Notes under the pieces: model-generated
Database searches by the model: none
Told to the model about the DNA's origin: nothing
What the model saw: the letters and a program-made list of their open reading frames with translations, nothing else
Made by a program: the position numbers and the translations under genes
Shown: in pieces, positions 1 to 12,224 of the stretch
Numbering within the stretch: the first letter of the stretch is position 1
Layout: each line of letters begins with the position of its first letter
Origin: Eledone cirrhosa
Lineage: Eukaryota
Reading direction: 5' to 3'
DNA length: 64,000 nt
NCBI GenBank assembly: GCA_964016885.1
Contig: OZ024740.1
Coordinates: 232,562,001-232,626,000 of the forward strand

Positions 1-319
1 CCTAATTTTTCAAGAAGAAATTCATTTCGTTTATACAGCCTAACGTCTGAAACGTTAAACATTTTCCTACTATATAAAGCGTGAAACTAATATGTATTTC
101 TATTGTATTTTATCGTCTGTTAATGCTTCCGTTTACTTTTTGCATATATATATATATATAATTGTGTGTATGTATATATATATATATATTGATACAAACA
201 TACATGCATACATACATACATCTATATATGTGTGTGTGTGTATGTGTGTGTATGTATGTGAATTTACCTTCCACATAGCTGTATGTATAGTATTTCTGTT
301 TACCTTTTACGCACACACA

Positions 320-446
<127 letters not shown>

Positions 447-449
447 GCT

Positions 450-790
450 ATATATGCATGTGAATTTCGTATATCTAAAGGTATACGGTATGTTTAATAA
501 ATAAACATTTTGAAACACCACCTATGAATAAAGGCTGATGGCTAGCGCCGACTAGCTGATTCCAGCAGAAGCAGCGAGGGATAACTGTCTATACGTATTT
601 CGAGCTAATGGAGGGTGCTTCTCTGCTGCTTTCTACTGGGACTTGAAACAAGCGTCCCTCGTTGCTTCTGCTGGAATCCGCTAGTCGGCGCTGGCCCTGT
701 AACTTTATTTATAGCCGGTGTTTCAAAATGTTTATTTATTAAACATACCGTATACCTTTAGATATAAGAAATTCACATACATGTATAAAC
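450..790. repeat. Foldback/MITE-like palindrome between (TA)n tracts
   Basis: Outer arms ~453-519 and ~717-782 are reverse complements (gtatacggtatgtttaataaataaacattttgaaacacc). Inner arms ~540-581 and ~655-695 are also reverse complements (gctagcgccgactagc...ttccagcagaagcagcgaggga). Confidence 0.75.
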
Positions 791-806
791 CTATATATGT
801 ACATCT

Positions 807-879
<73 letters not shown>

Positions 880-882
<3 letters not shown>

Positions 883-916
883 ATAAATGAAGTAATTCCG
901 TCGGAAAGGTCCAGGA

Positions 917-958
<42 letters not shown>

Positions 959-1861
959 TCTTGGATTTTCTTACCTTAAGTTGCTCGCACATTCCTGATT
1001 TGTTGTTTTTTCGTTGTTTTCTACTTCTTTCCCGTTTTCCCCATATCCCTTCTATTTTCTTCCCCTCCCTCCTCCATTTTCCCAATAACTTAGCTAGTTA
1101 TCTTTAAAGTGCTGAAATATCCGAGACCCCCCCCCCCGTAGACAACTGATTAGGGCCTCCCCCCCACCCCACCCCCGTTCTTGCTTTCTTCTAATTCCAA
1201 TTCCATTTTTAAGCCTACCTTAACTACCAACTACACAGCCTATCCTATTCTCCATATATTTTATGTTTCGTTGTGACCAGTCTTCTCTCTCCTTCTACTT
1301 ACCCATTTCGTTACTATCTACTCTTCCCCCTCTTTCTTCCTTTCCCTTTATCCCTCTCACTTTCACTCACCCTCTCACTGCCAGCCACCTAATTTTTTCC
1401 CTCGCCTGACCCTCTAGCAGTCCTTTTCTCACTTACACTCGCTGGGGTCAGACATGTCTTTTCGTTCGCCCACACGCTCACGAACTTAAGTTCTGTTACC
1501 GCTGTGGTCTTGGATTTCCTTACCTTAAGTTGCTCGCACATTCCTCGGTTTGTTGTTTTTTTCGCTGTTTTCTCTTTTCTTCCCTTTTTTCCCTTTTCCT
1601 TTCTATTATCCTTCCCTCCCTCCTCCGTTTTCCCAATAACTTACCCAGTTATTGAACGTTCTGGGAGTAGATATTTTGTCTTTAAAGCGTTGAAATATCC
1701 GAGACCCCCAGTAGACAACTGTTTAGGACCCCCCCTCTCCGTTCTTGCTTTCTTCTTATTCTTATTCCATTTTTAAGTCTATATATATATATATTTATTT
1801 TTATTTTTATTTTTTTTTATCCTCCTGGACCTTTCCGACGGAATTACTTCATTCACACACA

Positions 1862-1865
<4 letters not shown>
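880..1865 (+). mobile_element. Non-coding element with ~549-bp-period direct repeat, Penelope pLTR-like
   Basis: 956-1215 is repeated at 1505-1778. 885-918 is the reverse complement of 1823-1858. Flanked by (TA)n. Shares the motif gtctttaaagcg.tgaaata.c with the 25.3 kb and 45.9 kb element. Confidence 0.5.
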
Positions 1866-1914
<49 letters not shown>

Positions 1915-1963
1915 AAATAATGAATAAAACAAAGAAACAGTTCCTTATATTAAACAAAAAAAG

Positions 1964-2103
1964 TTCATTATTTAACGATCGTTTCTAGGACATATATGTG
2001 TTAGAATTGGCATGCATATTCAAAAGATCTATGTACAAAATTATACAAACTATCAAGGAGAATATACATACCATCACATATATATGCTGTCTTCAGAAAT
2101 AAT
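1964..2103 (-). ncRNA. Type I hammerhead ribozyme (family A, long stem II)
   Basis: Minus strand reads attattt CTGAAGA ... ccta GAAA cgatcg TT aaataat. Homologous to 8797-8950. Confidence 0.75.
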
Positions 2104-2297
2104 TTTTTTTTGTTTAATATAAGGAACTGTTTCTTTGTTTTATTCATTATTCTTTTAATATTTTATCTTGACTCTGTATTCCGTTTATCTTTCACCGAAA
2201 GTGATTTTTGAATGCATCTCTTCTTTCCATGATATCCGGATTACATTGAGTTCTTCATACGGATTGGACACTACCGTAAACTCTTGGTAGATTTATC

Positions 2298-2359
<62 letters not shown>

Positions 2360-2869
2360 CGCTGAAGTCGATTTCAAGGAAATTCAGCTACTCAAATTGT
2401 GGATAGAATAATTGGAATGTCCTTCAACACATCCCCTAGTAGCAATGGCATGCACCAAGGAGTGATTACAAAAGTTGAAGCAGCTCGGAAGATATCCCTT
2501 TTGTAGCTGTGTTGCCGTCATCACATTCTTGCTCTGGCTTTAAAGAAAATCTTCAAGATCTTTTTCCCATCATCTCGTCCCATTATTCCGATGTTAAAAA
2601 AATTCCAGGGGCGTCGGGACACCACCGATAAGTTTCATCAAAATATCCCGGACGATGATGAGCCCATGGAATATGTTTACAAGCAAAAGAGGGAGGAGAT
2701 AGTTGAATATATAGTGACTGTACTTCTTTCTGGAGATCATCGGCCGAGTTCATAAAGTTCTTCGTTCTTTATCTTTGTGTTTGACCATATCCCCAGTTCG
2801 CCTTCTCTTCCCCACGAGCTTACAACCGGGCTCGTCTGATGGCTAAAGCAATATATGGGATCAAGATAG

Positions 2870-3270
2870 TTCTGTTCAAATAACAAATTAAGCTTACATC
2901 AGGGAGGATGATATTCGGTTTGAGATGTTAAAAGCCCCTTAAATAGAGAAGATATTCTCTGGCTAACATATGCTTCTGGGTAGTCTGGATCTTTGGTAAG
3001 GCATCTAAGCAATGGCAATCGGGAGTGATAATCACAATTTTCAAAAAGGGAGACAAAAGAGATTGTTCCAATTATAGAGGGATTTCCTTGTTAAGCCTCT
3101 CCGGTAAAGTCTATGCTATGTGACTTGGAAAAAGATGTAGGGAGATTTTCAAGTCCAAGCTAGCTGATGAACATTGTTATTTTCGCCCCGGACGTAGCAC
3201 AACCGACCAAATATTTACACTGCGGCAGGTCTATGAGAAATCATAGGATTACTAGAAAGAAGTGTACTCT
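2870..3270 (+). mobile_element. RTE-clade LINE reverse transcriptase fragment (decayed)
   Basis: Translates to WQSGVIITIFKKGDKRDCSNYRGISLLSLSGKVYA and FRPGRSTTDQIFTLRQVYEK, with stops and frameshifts. Confidence 0.8.
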
Positions 3271-3393
3271 TACTTTCCTTTCAACCCTTACCTATTTCCA
3301 ATAACTCGAATTAAAAATGTTCCAATATAATTTTAACATTTGCAATCAAAATATATATATGCGAAAGATTCCCTTTTTCATATTATTTTTGTT

Positions 3394-3578
3394 TGGATTG
3401 GCAGTATCGGTAGAGGGTCGAACGCCATGCTTTGCAGCACAGTTACGTCCCTTTACGGACTGAGTCCAAATCCCGCCGAGGTTAACTTTGCCTTTCATCC
3501 TTACGGGGTCGATAAAATAAAGTACCAGTAATATACTGGGATAATTGCTGGCATTGTGCCAAAAGTAGAAACAATTAT
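3394..3578 (+). mobile_element. tRNA-derived SINE (Nin-domain-like, octopus type)
   Basis: A-box-like tggcagtatcggtag, B-box-like gagtccaaatcc, core gcctttcatccttacggggtcgataaaataaagtacc. About 10 copies in the window. Confidence 0.85.
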
Positions 3579-3620
3579 TTTTGTTACTGAGGCATTATCT
3601 ATCGCATTATTTCATATAAC

Positions 3621-3740
3621 TGTTTCTACTTTTGGCACAAGACCAGCAATTATCTCAGTGTATTACTGGTACTTTATTTTATCGACCCCGTAAGGATGAA
3701 AGGCAAAGTTAACCTCGGCGGGATTTGAACTTAGATCGTA
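3621..3740 (-). mobile_element. SINE, 5'-truncated, inverted to its neighbours
   Basis: Reverse complement of the same SINE core and tail. Confidence 0.85.
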
Positions 3741-3752
3741 TTTAATATAACC

Positions 3753-3938
3753 GTGGATTGGCAGTATCGGTAGAGGGTCGGACGCCATGCTTTGCAGTAA
3801 AGAGTTACGGCCCTTTATGGTCTGAGTTCAAATCCCGCCGAGGTTAACTTTGCCTTTCATCCTTACGGGGTCGATAAAATAAAGTGCTAGTAATACACTG
3901 GGATAATTGTTGGCCTTGTGCCAAAAGTAGAAATAATT
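3753..3938 (+). mobile_element. tRNA-derived SINE
   Basis: Same family, B-box gagttcaaatcc. Confidence 0.85.
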
Positions 3939-4147
3939 ATTTTATATAAAATAGATATTTTAAACTAACCCTCTACTTTTATTTCTTACGGGCCGACTGG
4001 CGCTCCCATCCTTTTGATGCTAGGAACTAACGGTTGCCTAATACTTTAAATCTGCTGAAAATAAGTAGTTTTGTTGTATATTTGTATCTCTACTTCATAT
4101 ATTTTTAAGATAATTGATTCTAATTCGTTGATATGATGATACGTTTT

Positions 4148-4183
<36 letters not shown>

Positions 4184-4224
4184 TTAAAAAAATGAAATAA
4201 AAATTAAAGTCATTAGAAATATAC

Positions 4225-4370
4225 TTCACTGCTTTGCGATCGTTTCTAGGTGATAATCATATATTGTACGCATATTTCCTTATCGATCTATGTAGGGTTA
4301 GTTACAAAATATCAAATAAGGAATATATTTACCTACATGTATATCATCAGCCGTTGTCAAAAGCAACGAA
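4225..4370 (-). ncRNA. Hammerhead ribozyme family B (U3-A8 core), U16.1 mutated to C
   Basis: Minus strand reads ttcgttgctt TTGACAA cggctgatga ... ccta GAAA cgatcg CA aagcagtgaa. Confidence 0.6.
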
Positions 4371-5019
4371 AATTTTATTCAAAATCGATAGTAAATTAAG
4401 TTCTATGACCTTATTTGGAGGAAGCTGAAGAACAAACCAATCAAATGGGTTTTTTTTGCCATATGATGTTAAGATGAAATATAACTCACTTTTGTTGAGG
4501 TCATGACCCTTTGAAAGGAATGGTTGAATGGTGTTAAAAATAGAATTAATAGAAAGAACCTATGAAGAAAAAGGAATTGGTATATTGATAGTCGAATGTA
4601 GATGGTGGAATGAAGGTTAAAAAGGAATGTAAAAATTAAATGTTGAGTTGTGTTGTATGGAATTTTTAGGTGAATATAAATAAGTAAATAAAAAATATAC
4701 AGAAATAACTAGGATATATATAGATAGGTAAAGTAATGGTCATAACTAGGAAGGATAGTATATTATAAGATGAAAATTATAATAATATAATAAAATATAA
4801 TAATATAATACTATAATATAATGTAATATAATATAGTACAGTATGGTACATTGTATATAGTATAATATAGCGTATGATGCATCATAAAATATAAAATAGT
4901 AAATATTTTCAAGTGGATCAATGTATAAGTAATCAAACTCAGATAAATGCATGTTGACATATAGTCAAAACGCATAATTTTCTTATATCAGAAAAGTAGA
5001 TATAATCACATATATAGAT

Positions 5020-5398
5020 AGATTTCTTTATTAGCCACAAGGGCGCAACAAGAAAGGGGACAATACAAAGACATGCCGGGGATTTTACATACAGTCGTGT
5101 AAAAAATATAAAAACAAACAATTTCAACAATCGAAATCCCCAATAGGGGGGAGGCGCCACAAATGGGTTGTTTAATACCCCGTCGATAGAACAACCCTCA
5201 ACTCAAGGCGCGTGTTGTGCAAGTGCTCCTTTCTTCCTTTTGCTCTCTTCCTCAACCTACAGGCTTATAAACAGAGAAGGCCCAATCACTCGGGCCATTT
5301 TCGCTTCATTCACCCACCTTTCAGTAAATTTACTGGGGTGCAGTGCCTCTCTCTCCACCCTGATTCTCCATCTAAAGTGATACTTAAAGAATGGAATC
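5020..5398 (-). mobile_element. Tx1/L1-clade LINE 3' fragment
   Basis: Encodes RIRVEREALHPSKFTERWV, homologous to the ORF2 end at 42.7 kb. Ends in cccttgtggctaataaagaaat. Confidence 0.8.
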
Positions 5399-5607
5399 AA
5401 TAGAGGTATAATTACATTGATACTCCATTAAAAACATACATACGCATACATAGATATAAACATATACAAATACATACATATATGCACACAAACATATATA
5501 TATATACACACACTTATACATACATATATACATGTACACACACATACATGTACATACACATATACACACACATACACATATACACACACATACACATATA
5601 CACACAC

Positions 5608-5671
<64 letters not shown>

Positions 5672-5885
5672 TCTTATCATACATACATAGATACATGTAT
5701 ACCCATGCAATTACAAGTGGTTATGTACCTTGATGCCCTAAGTCAGTAACGCATGAATCTATGGAAGTTAAAAAATTACAAGGTTAATAAATTTAAAAAT
5801 AAATTGGAAGGCGTATAATTAGGGGAAGGGGATACTAACAAATGGTAAGTCACATAGAACTATAGTGAGTTGCTATTTAGAATGT

Positions 5886-7598
5886 TTAATTAGGTTTACA
5901 GTACTTAAATGTTTTTCGTATACGGTGATTATAAGCTATAATCAGTTCCTGTCTTTTATTCAATAAATGGTCCTTAGATTTAGTAATTTTCAAGATCTCC
6001 CCGGAACATAATCTGCATTCTCTCCTGTTCCCAAGATATAGAGTTCTTTGCAGAATGGTATTCCACGATAGCTTGAAATCTATTTTTTTTCTTTTTATAG
6101 TTATTTACTGCTTAATCTAAAGATGTGGTGTTAGGTAGTTTAGTATTGTTAAAGCTACTGGAGTGTGCGTAATATCTTTTCTTAAATGTGTTCTATGTAG
6201 ATCCTATATATGTTTTGTTGGAGTCAGTAGTAGACACAGTGCATTTATATATTACATTATTAATCAAACAGTTGCCATTTAAGGGGCAAACGCTTCTATT
6301 TCTGCAATTACAACCATACGTAAGATGGTTGTTGGGGGTACCTACATAATTCTTATTAATCCTTGAGTTATTCTTATTGTAATTAATGTTAGAGAAAGAA
6401 TGAGTGCTGCTTTGTGGGTGATTTAGTGCTGGGGTTGTATTGTGATTTAGTGTTGGTGATTTGGGTGGTTGTATTTTCCAGTTTGAAGGACTGTATTATT
6501 TGTCCTTTTAAAAGGTGCAGTCTTATTTAAATTATGTTGTAGTGGTGTGGTCATATTATTTTTAAATGTTGTAGTTGCATATTTTTGTTGGAGATTGTTT
6601 GATGTAGAGTATGAGAATTTAACAGTATACCTGTTAAAAATTTGGTGTTATCTGTGGTTTGGTGGAAAATGGTTATGTAGAATTTCGAAGAATTTTTTAG
6701 GGATTTGTCCAATAGTTTGTAGGGTGAAGGGTGTGTTGTACCATGTTATGTTTCTTTTGCGGTTTTTAGTTAAGTTCTTATTCCCACTTATATTAATGTG
6801 CTGTGTTCTAGAAGAGTTCTTATGGTTAGTATTTGTATTTGTGGAATTTGGTAAATTGCAGTGGTTGTATTTGGTGTTATTATTGGGTAGATTATGAGAT
6901 TTTGAATGTTTGGTAGCCATATGTGAGTTGTTAACATTGGTCATAGATCGTGTAGTAATAATTGTTGTGGTTTTTAGGTTGTTTCGTGTGATAGGAATGA
7001 CCCCATTAGGCATTTGTTTCGATGGTATTTTTTGGTGTTTGTAGTTTTTGCTAGGTTTTGTAGTATGGTCCATAGTAGTGTTGGGGATATATGAAATGTT
7101 TTCTTTAAATCCACTTCTAGTTAGGGCCTCGTTGTAGAAGTGTGCATTTTTATAAAATATATCCTCATTGGAAGATAATTTAGAATGTTTGAGAGATATG
7201 TTATATACTAAGTTGTTGAGTATAGAGCCAGGGTGGTTAGCGCGTGAATGTACATAGTGTAGATTCTGGTTGGTTTTGTGGAAAGGTTGATAAATATTCA
7301 TAGAGAGGTCTAAGTAACGTCAAGGAAGTTAGCTACTTTTGAGGTCTTTTCAAATGTGATGTTAAGGTTGTAATAGTCCTTGAGGAATTTTCTAATTTGT
7401 TTTTTGTTTCTCTCTAGATTAGAATTGCTAAATTGTTAGATATCAATAGACAATCATCCCGATAAAGACCACCTTTGAGGGCGGGGGGGGGAGGAATGAA
7501 TATTATAGGGCGAAATAGTCCTAACGAGTTCTGTAACTTGAGCATAGTCCATAGATCCCAACGTTATATCGAATAAGTTGTTATATGTGTTATATGTG
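5886..7598 (-). pseudogene. Penelope (Naiad-like) RT C-terminus, linker and GIY-YIG endonuclease, with frameshifts and stops
   Basis: FDITLGSMDYAQVTELV; GGLYRDDCLLI (~7445-7475); YVHSRANHP; RKRNITWYNTPF; CNCRNRSVCPLNGNC (CxCx5C); VIYKC...YIGST*NTFKKRY; CRLC..E; LLNKRQE. Stop at 5886-5888. Confidence 0.9.
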
Positions 7599-7945
7599 TT
7601 TCTTTTCACCGTATTTGAAAAACATTTAAGTACTATAAACCTAATTAAAGATCTAAATAGCAACTCTCTATAGTTCTATGTGACGTACCATTTCTTAGTA
7701 TCCCCTTCCCCAAATCATACGCCTTCCTGTTTATTTTTAAATTTTTAACCTTTTAATTTTTTAGCTTCCATAGATTCATGCGTTACTGACTAAGGGCTTC
7801 AAGGTACAGAACCACCTGTAATTGCAGGGTATATATGTATCTATGTATGTATGATAAGAGAATATATATATGTGTGTATATGTGTATGTGTGTGTATATG
7901 TGTATGTAAATTTATGTGTGTGTACATGTATATATGTATGTATAA

Positions 7946-7977
<32 letters not shown>

Positions 7978-8089
7978 ATCTACCAAGAGTTTACGGTAGT
8001 GTCCAATGTGTGTATGTGTATATATATGGTGTGTGTATGTATATGTATGTGTATGTAAGTGTTTATGTATATGTGTATGTATATGTATG

Positions 8090-8155
<66 letters not shown>

Positions 8156-8796
8156 ATCGATGTATATTTTATATTTTACTTGTTTATATATATATATATA
8201 TATTTTCTTAATATTTTTCTTTTTTCTTTTTCTTTTTATTTCTAAATTTATAGATACATTTATAAATAGGCAGTTTGCTGACACCAGTAAATACTGACAT
8301 CTCCCCCCCCACCTACTTTCTGTATCTGGATCTAAATATGTGTGGCAGTGTTTATGTGCGCGCATTAATGTCCATATGCTTATGATAATAGTATGTACAC
8401 ATATATGTGTGTGGGAGTGTGTGTGTGTATGTATGTTCATGGTTGTGTGTATGTTTATGCGTATATGCGCGTGTGTGTGTGAATGTATGTATATGTGTGA
8501 GTATATGAATGTGTATATATTTATTTTTATATTTATATGTTTATATGCGTATATGTATTTTATCTGTAGATTATAAACATACAGAGACATTAGCCCTGAA
8601 TTTTTGTATTTACATACATCTTTTCGGCATGCGTATGCATGTGAACATATATTTTTATGCATATCTGTGAACGAAGTTACTTACATATATACACACACCT
8701 AACTGTATAAACTTTTTGTGTTTCCATTGGTCAATTTGAACTCTGTTCCCAAACAGACCTGTAATTTTGAATTGTTGTTATTATCAATAAATATAT

Positions 8797-8950
8797 TTCA
8801 TTATTTCTGAAGACGGCATATATATGAGTTGGTATGTATATTTAATTTTGATAGTTTGTATAATTTTGTATAATTTTGTACATAGATCTGTTAAATATGC
8901 ATGCCAATTCTAACACATATATATCCCAGAAACGATCGTTAAATAATGAA
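8797..8950 (+). ncRNA. Type I hammerhead ribozyme family A
   Basis: Stem I ttcattattt/aaataatgaa; core CTGAAGA 8807-8813; extended stem II; GAAA 8929-8932; palindromic stem III acgatcgt; cleavage triplet GUU. Confidence 0.85.
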
Positions 8951-9004
8951 CTTTTTTTGTTTAATATAAGGAACTGTTTCATTGTTTTATTCATTATTTT
9001 TTTA

Positions 9005-9070
<66 letters not shown>

Positions 9071-9805
9071 TGTGTGCATATATGTATATATTTGTATATG
9101 TTTATATCTATGTATGCGTATGAATGTTTTTAATGGAGTATCAATGTAATTATACCTCTATCTATATATATGAATATATGTACTTTTGAAATCTAAGAAA
9201 ATTATGCGTTTTGACTATATGTCAACATGCATTTATCTGAGTTTGATTACTTATACATTGATCCACTTGAAAATATTTACTATTTTATATTTTATGATGC
9301 ATCATACGCTATATTATACTATATACAATGTACCATACTCTACTATATTATATTACATTATATTATAGTATTATATTATTATATTTTATTATCTTATTAT
9401 AATTTTCATCTTTTAATATACAATCCTTCCTAGTTATTACCATTACTTTACCTATCAATATATATCCTAGTTAGTTCTGTATATTTTTTATTTTCTTATT
9501 TATATTCACCTAAAAATTCCATACAACACAACTCAACATTTAATTTTTACATTCCTTTTTAACCTTAACTCCACCATCTACATTCGACTATCAATATACC
9601 AATTCCCTTTTCTTCATAGGTTCTTTATAGTAATTCTATTTTTAACACCATTCAACCATTCCTTTCAAAGGGTCATGACCTCAACAAAAGTGAGTTATAT
9701 TTCATCTTAACATCATATGGCAAAAAATCATTTCATTGGTTTGTTCTTCAGCTACCTCCAAATAAGGTCATAGAACTCAATTTACTATTGATTTTGAATA
9801 CAATT

Positions 9806-9951
9806 TTCATTGCTTTTGACAACGGCTGATGATATATATGTAGGTAAATATATTCGTTATTTGATATTTTGTAACTAACCCTACATAGATGGATAACAAA
9901 ATATGCGTACGATGTATTATTATCACCTAGAAACGATCGTAAAGCAGTGAA
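9806..9951 (+). ncRNA. Type I hammerhead ribozyme family B with variant core UUGACAA
   Basis: Stem I ttcattgctt/aagcagtgaa; TTGACAA 9816-9822; stem II tgatgata/tattatca; GAAA 9930-9933; acgatcgt; GUA. Confidence 0.75.
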
Positions 9952-12040
9952 GTATAAATCTAATGACTTGAATTTTTATTTCATTGTTTTAACTTATATC
10001 ATGCCTCAGTTTTCCTTTTGATGTTTTATTGTTTTCCGGGATTTATTTTAACCTACAACATTTTCAACATATGGATTACATTGAGTTCTTCATGCAGACT
10101 AGACCCCGCAACTAACCGTGGATATTTCTGTATATATATATATATATATAGTAGTTCTTCTTTGGGTGCGGTCAATTATGAGTGTCATGAACAACAGCAC
10201 CTTCCCAGACGTTTTGGTAGTATTTCATTGTGAACCTGACGTGAGATTTGCATATAGAGTCATTCATTGTTGGTGTTTGAAGCATTTTCTGACGCTAAAG
10301 TGAAAAGCCAGTCTTTATAGTCAAGCTTTAGCAAGGACTACTGAGGTCTAGCATTTGGAGGATCGAAGGTTCTAGTTTCATGCTACTCATGCTTATGTGG
10401 TGTGAGGATACTTTACTGAAATTAGCAATTGTTTTTGATGGTGAAAAGGGACGACAGTAACCTCAGCTCAATTGAGGGTGTTTTGGATGTTTTTGGTCAT
10501 TTACTCCGTGTAGGCTTGGCGTAAAATGATGAGATTGAATGCAAGGTTAAGCAAGAATAAGAGTACGTATCACTTTCATAAGAGTAGGGTTTGTGAACGT
10601 AGAGAACGAAGAATCCCAGCGGTCACGACCAAATCCTATGGCACATTGGGTTTGATTTGGAGACAACGATTTGGAGACAGAATGGAACACCGCCAGCACA
10701 CAACGTGATACCCCGATATGATATGATGTTGTAGAGGTGGTGGAAATGGATGAAGCTCAGGTTTGAGAGGAGTTTCGCGTAACAGATATGGTTGAAGTTT
10801 TGCTGATGTGAAGGACACTTATATAACTTAAACGTAATTCAAGCCGTTTTCCTAAGCCTTATCTTTGTAAATTTATCAATTTATTTATTTTCTCGATAAA
10901 AATAGAAACTTTCTACACAACGGTAAATCTTTAAACTAGCCACCAGTTTAAAATTTAGGAATGGTTAAAATTTTAGTGTTATCGTGTAAGACATGGTGAA
11001 AATGAAGAATGAAGGAAAGGCAGGTGAATAAAAATTATATAATCATTAATCAAAAGATTAATTATATAATGACAACGCTTGAGCTGAGCAGACTAAAAGA
11101 TCAGACTCATGTGTATCAACAAAAACAACAATACAAGTAAGATGTTATATATGGTCTAGGATTTCCAGAGTTCTGATTGCTGTTTATCAAATCTGCAGCT
11201 TCGCACCGACTTCAGCTTTAGTCGTCTCTGTGAGATATCTTACGATTTTAATCAAGCATTAACTACACTTTAAGATGGTGTCTTAATAGAGATTTAAGAG
11301 AATCTAAGTTAGATATCGTCTATATATATTTACATAAACATCTCATTCTAAGCTACGTTTTTATTTGAAATTTATTTATAATTCGTTTTTTTTGGCAGAA
11401 AATAGAAACTCAAGTAATTAAGTACAATTGCTTGAAATACAGTATGACACATGAATATGTACAGTTAGAATGGTTTTAATTCTGGCTTGAATCCCTTCTT
11501 TGATCAATCAAAATATCATTGGATAACCAATATAAGTAGGCTCTATTTACACAAAAGAGATATTAGAAATATATAGTGTACTGAATTATATTTATAGGAC
11601 AACAATGAATATATAATCTTCTGTATTTACTGAGAGATTTCTTCTTGATCACTGTGACATGTATGAGTTTCGCATTGGGGCTGCTAAATTTGTTGAGATT
11701 TTCTCCCACATTTTTGGAAAAATAAAAATAAAATTTGTCATTGATTAATATCGATTTTCCTCACCCATATATATTTCGCGTTAGCTTTTTTATTCTCTAA
11801 ATATTTAAACTATAATCTACATATTCGTCATACTAAATGAATCTTTCGAGGTAACTTCTAATTCTTGAGAAAATACCATATATCCGAATAAGAAACAACA
11901 GTATATCGAAACAACAGTGACGTTTAGCAGTATCTAATTATGGGAAGATAAACTATCAGAAACTGTTCAGACATTATGAAGTTTTGCCGAAAAGGTTATG
12001 AATATCTCACATATACACACTTAAAAATGATCCAAAATAT

Positions 12041-12224
12041 AATTGTTTCTACTTTTGGCACAAGGCCAGTAATTATCCCAGTACATTACTGGTACTTTAT
12101 TTTATCGACCCCGTAAGGATGAAAGGCAAAATTAACTTTGGCGAGATTTGAACTCAGAACGTTAAGGAACGTAACTCTGCTGTAAAGAATGATGTCCGAC
12201 CCTCTACCGATACTGCCAATCCAC
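12041..12224 (-). mobile_element. tRNA-derived SINE
   Basis: Same family as 3394-3578. Confidence 0.85.

Larger units (their letters stand above)
4181..7598 (-). mobile_element. 5'-truncated Naiad-type Penelope-like retroelement with long 3' region ending in a hammerhead
   Basis: RT and GIY-YIG remnants at 5886-7598. 3' region 5885-4181 ends at (TA)n. Interrupted by a Tx1 3' fragment at 5020-5398. Confidence 0.85.
7605..10130 (+). mobile_element. Inverted copy of the Penelope 3' end (pLTR-like) containing two hammerheads
   Basis: 7605-7870 is the reverse complement of ~5930-5670. 9070-9995 is the reverse complement of ~5500-4181, minus the Tx1 insert. The extra segment 8250-9010 matches 60841-61585. 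Confidence 0.8.

Noticed and set aside
6193-6195. In-frame stop in the GIY-YIG domain as selenocysteine recoding, known for some Naiads
   Set aside because: The codon is TAG, not TGA, and the copy has other frameshifts, so this is ordinary decay.
9826-9832. CTGATGA as the catalytic core of hammerhead family B
   Set aside because: It lies inside stem II (pairs with tattatca). Stem I pairing and alignment to family A place the core at TTGACAA 9816-9822.
10150-10820. Possible old LINE endonuclease fragment on the minus strand
   Set aside because: Only weak resemblance (LLRETPL...ISGY), insufficient to call.
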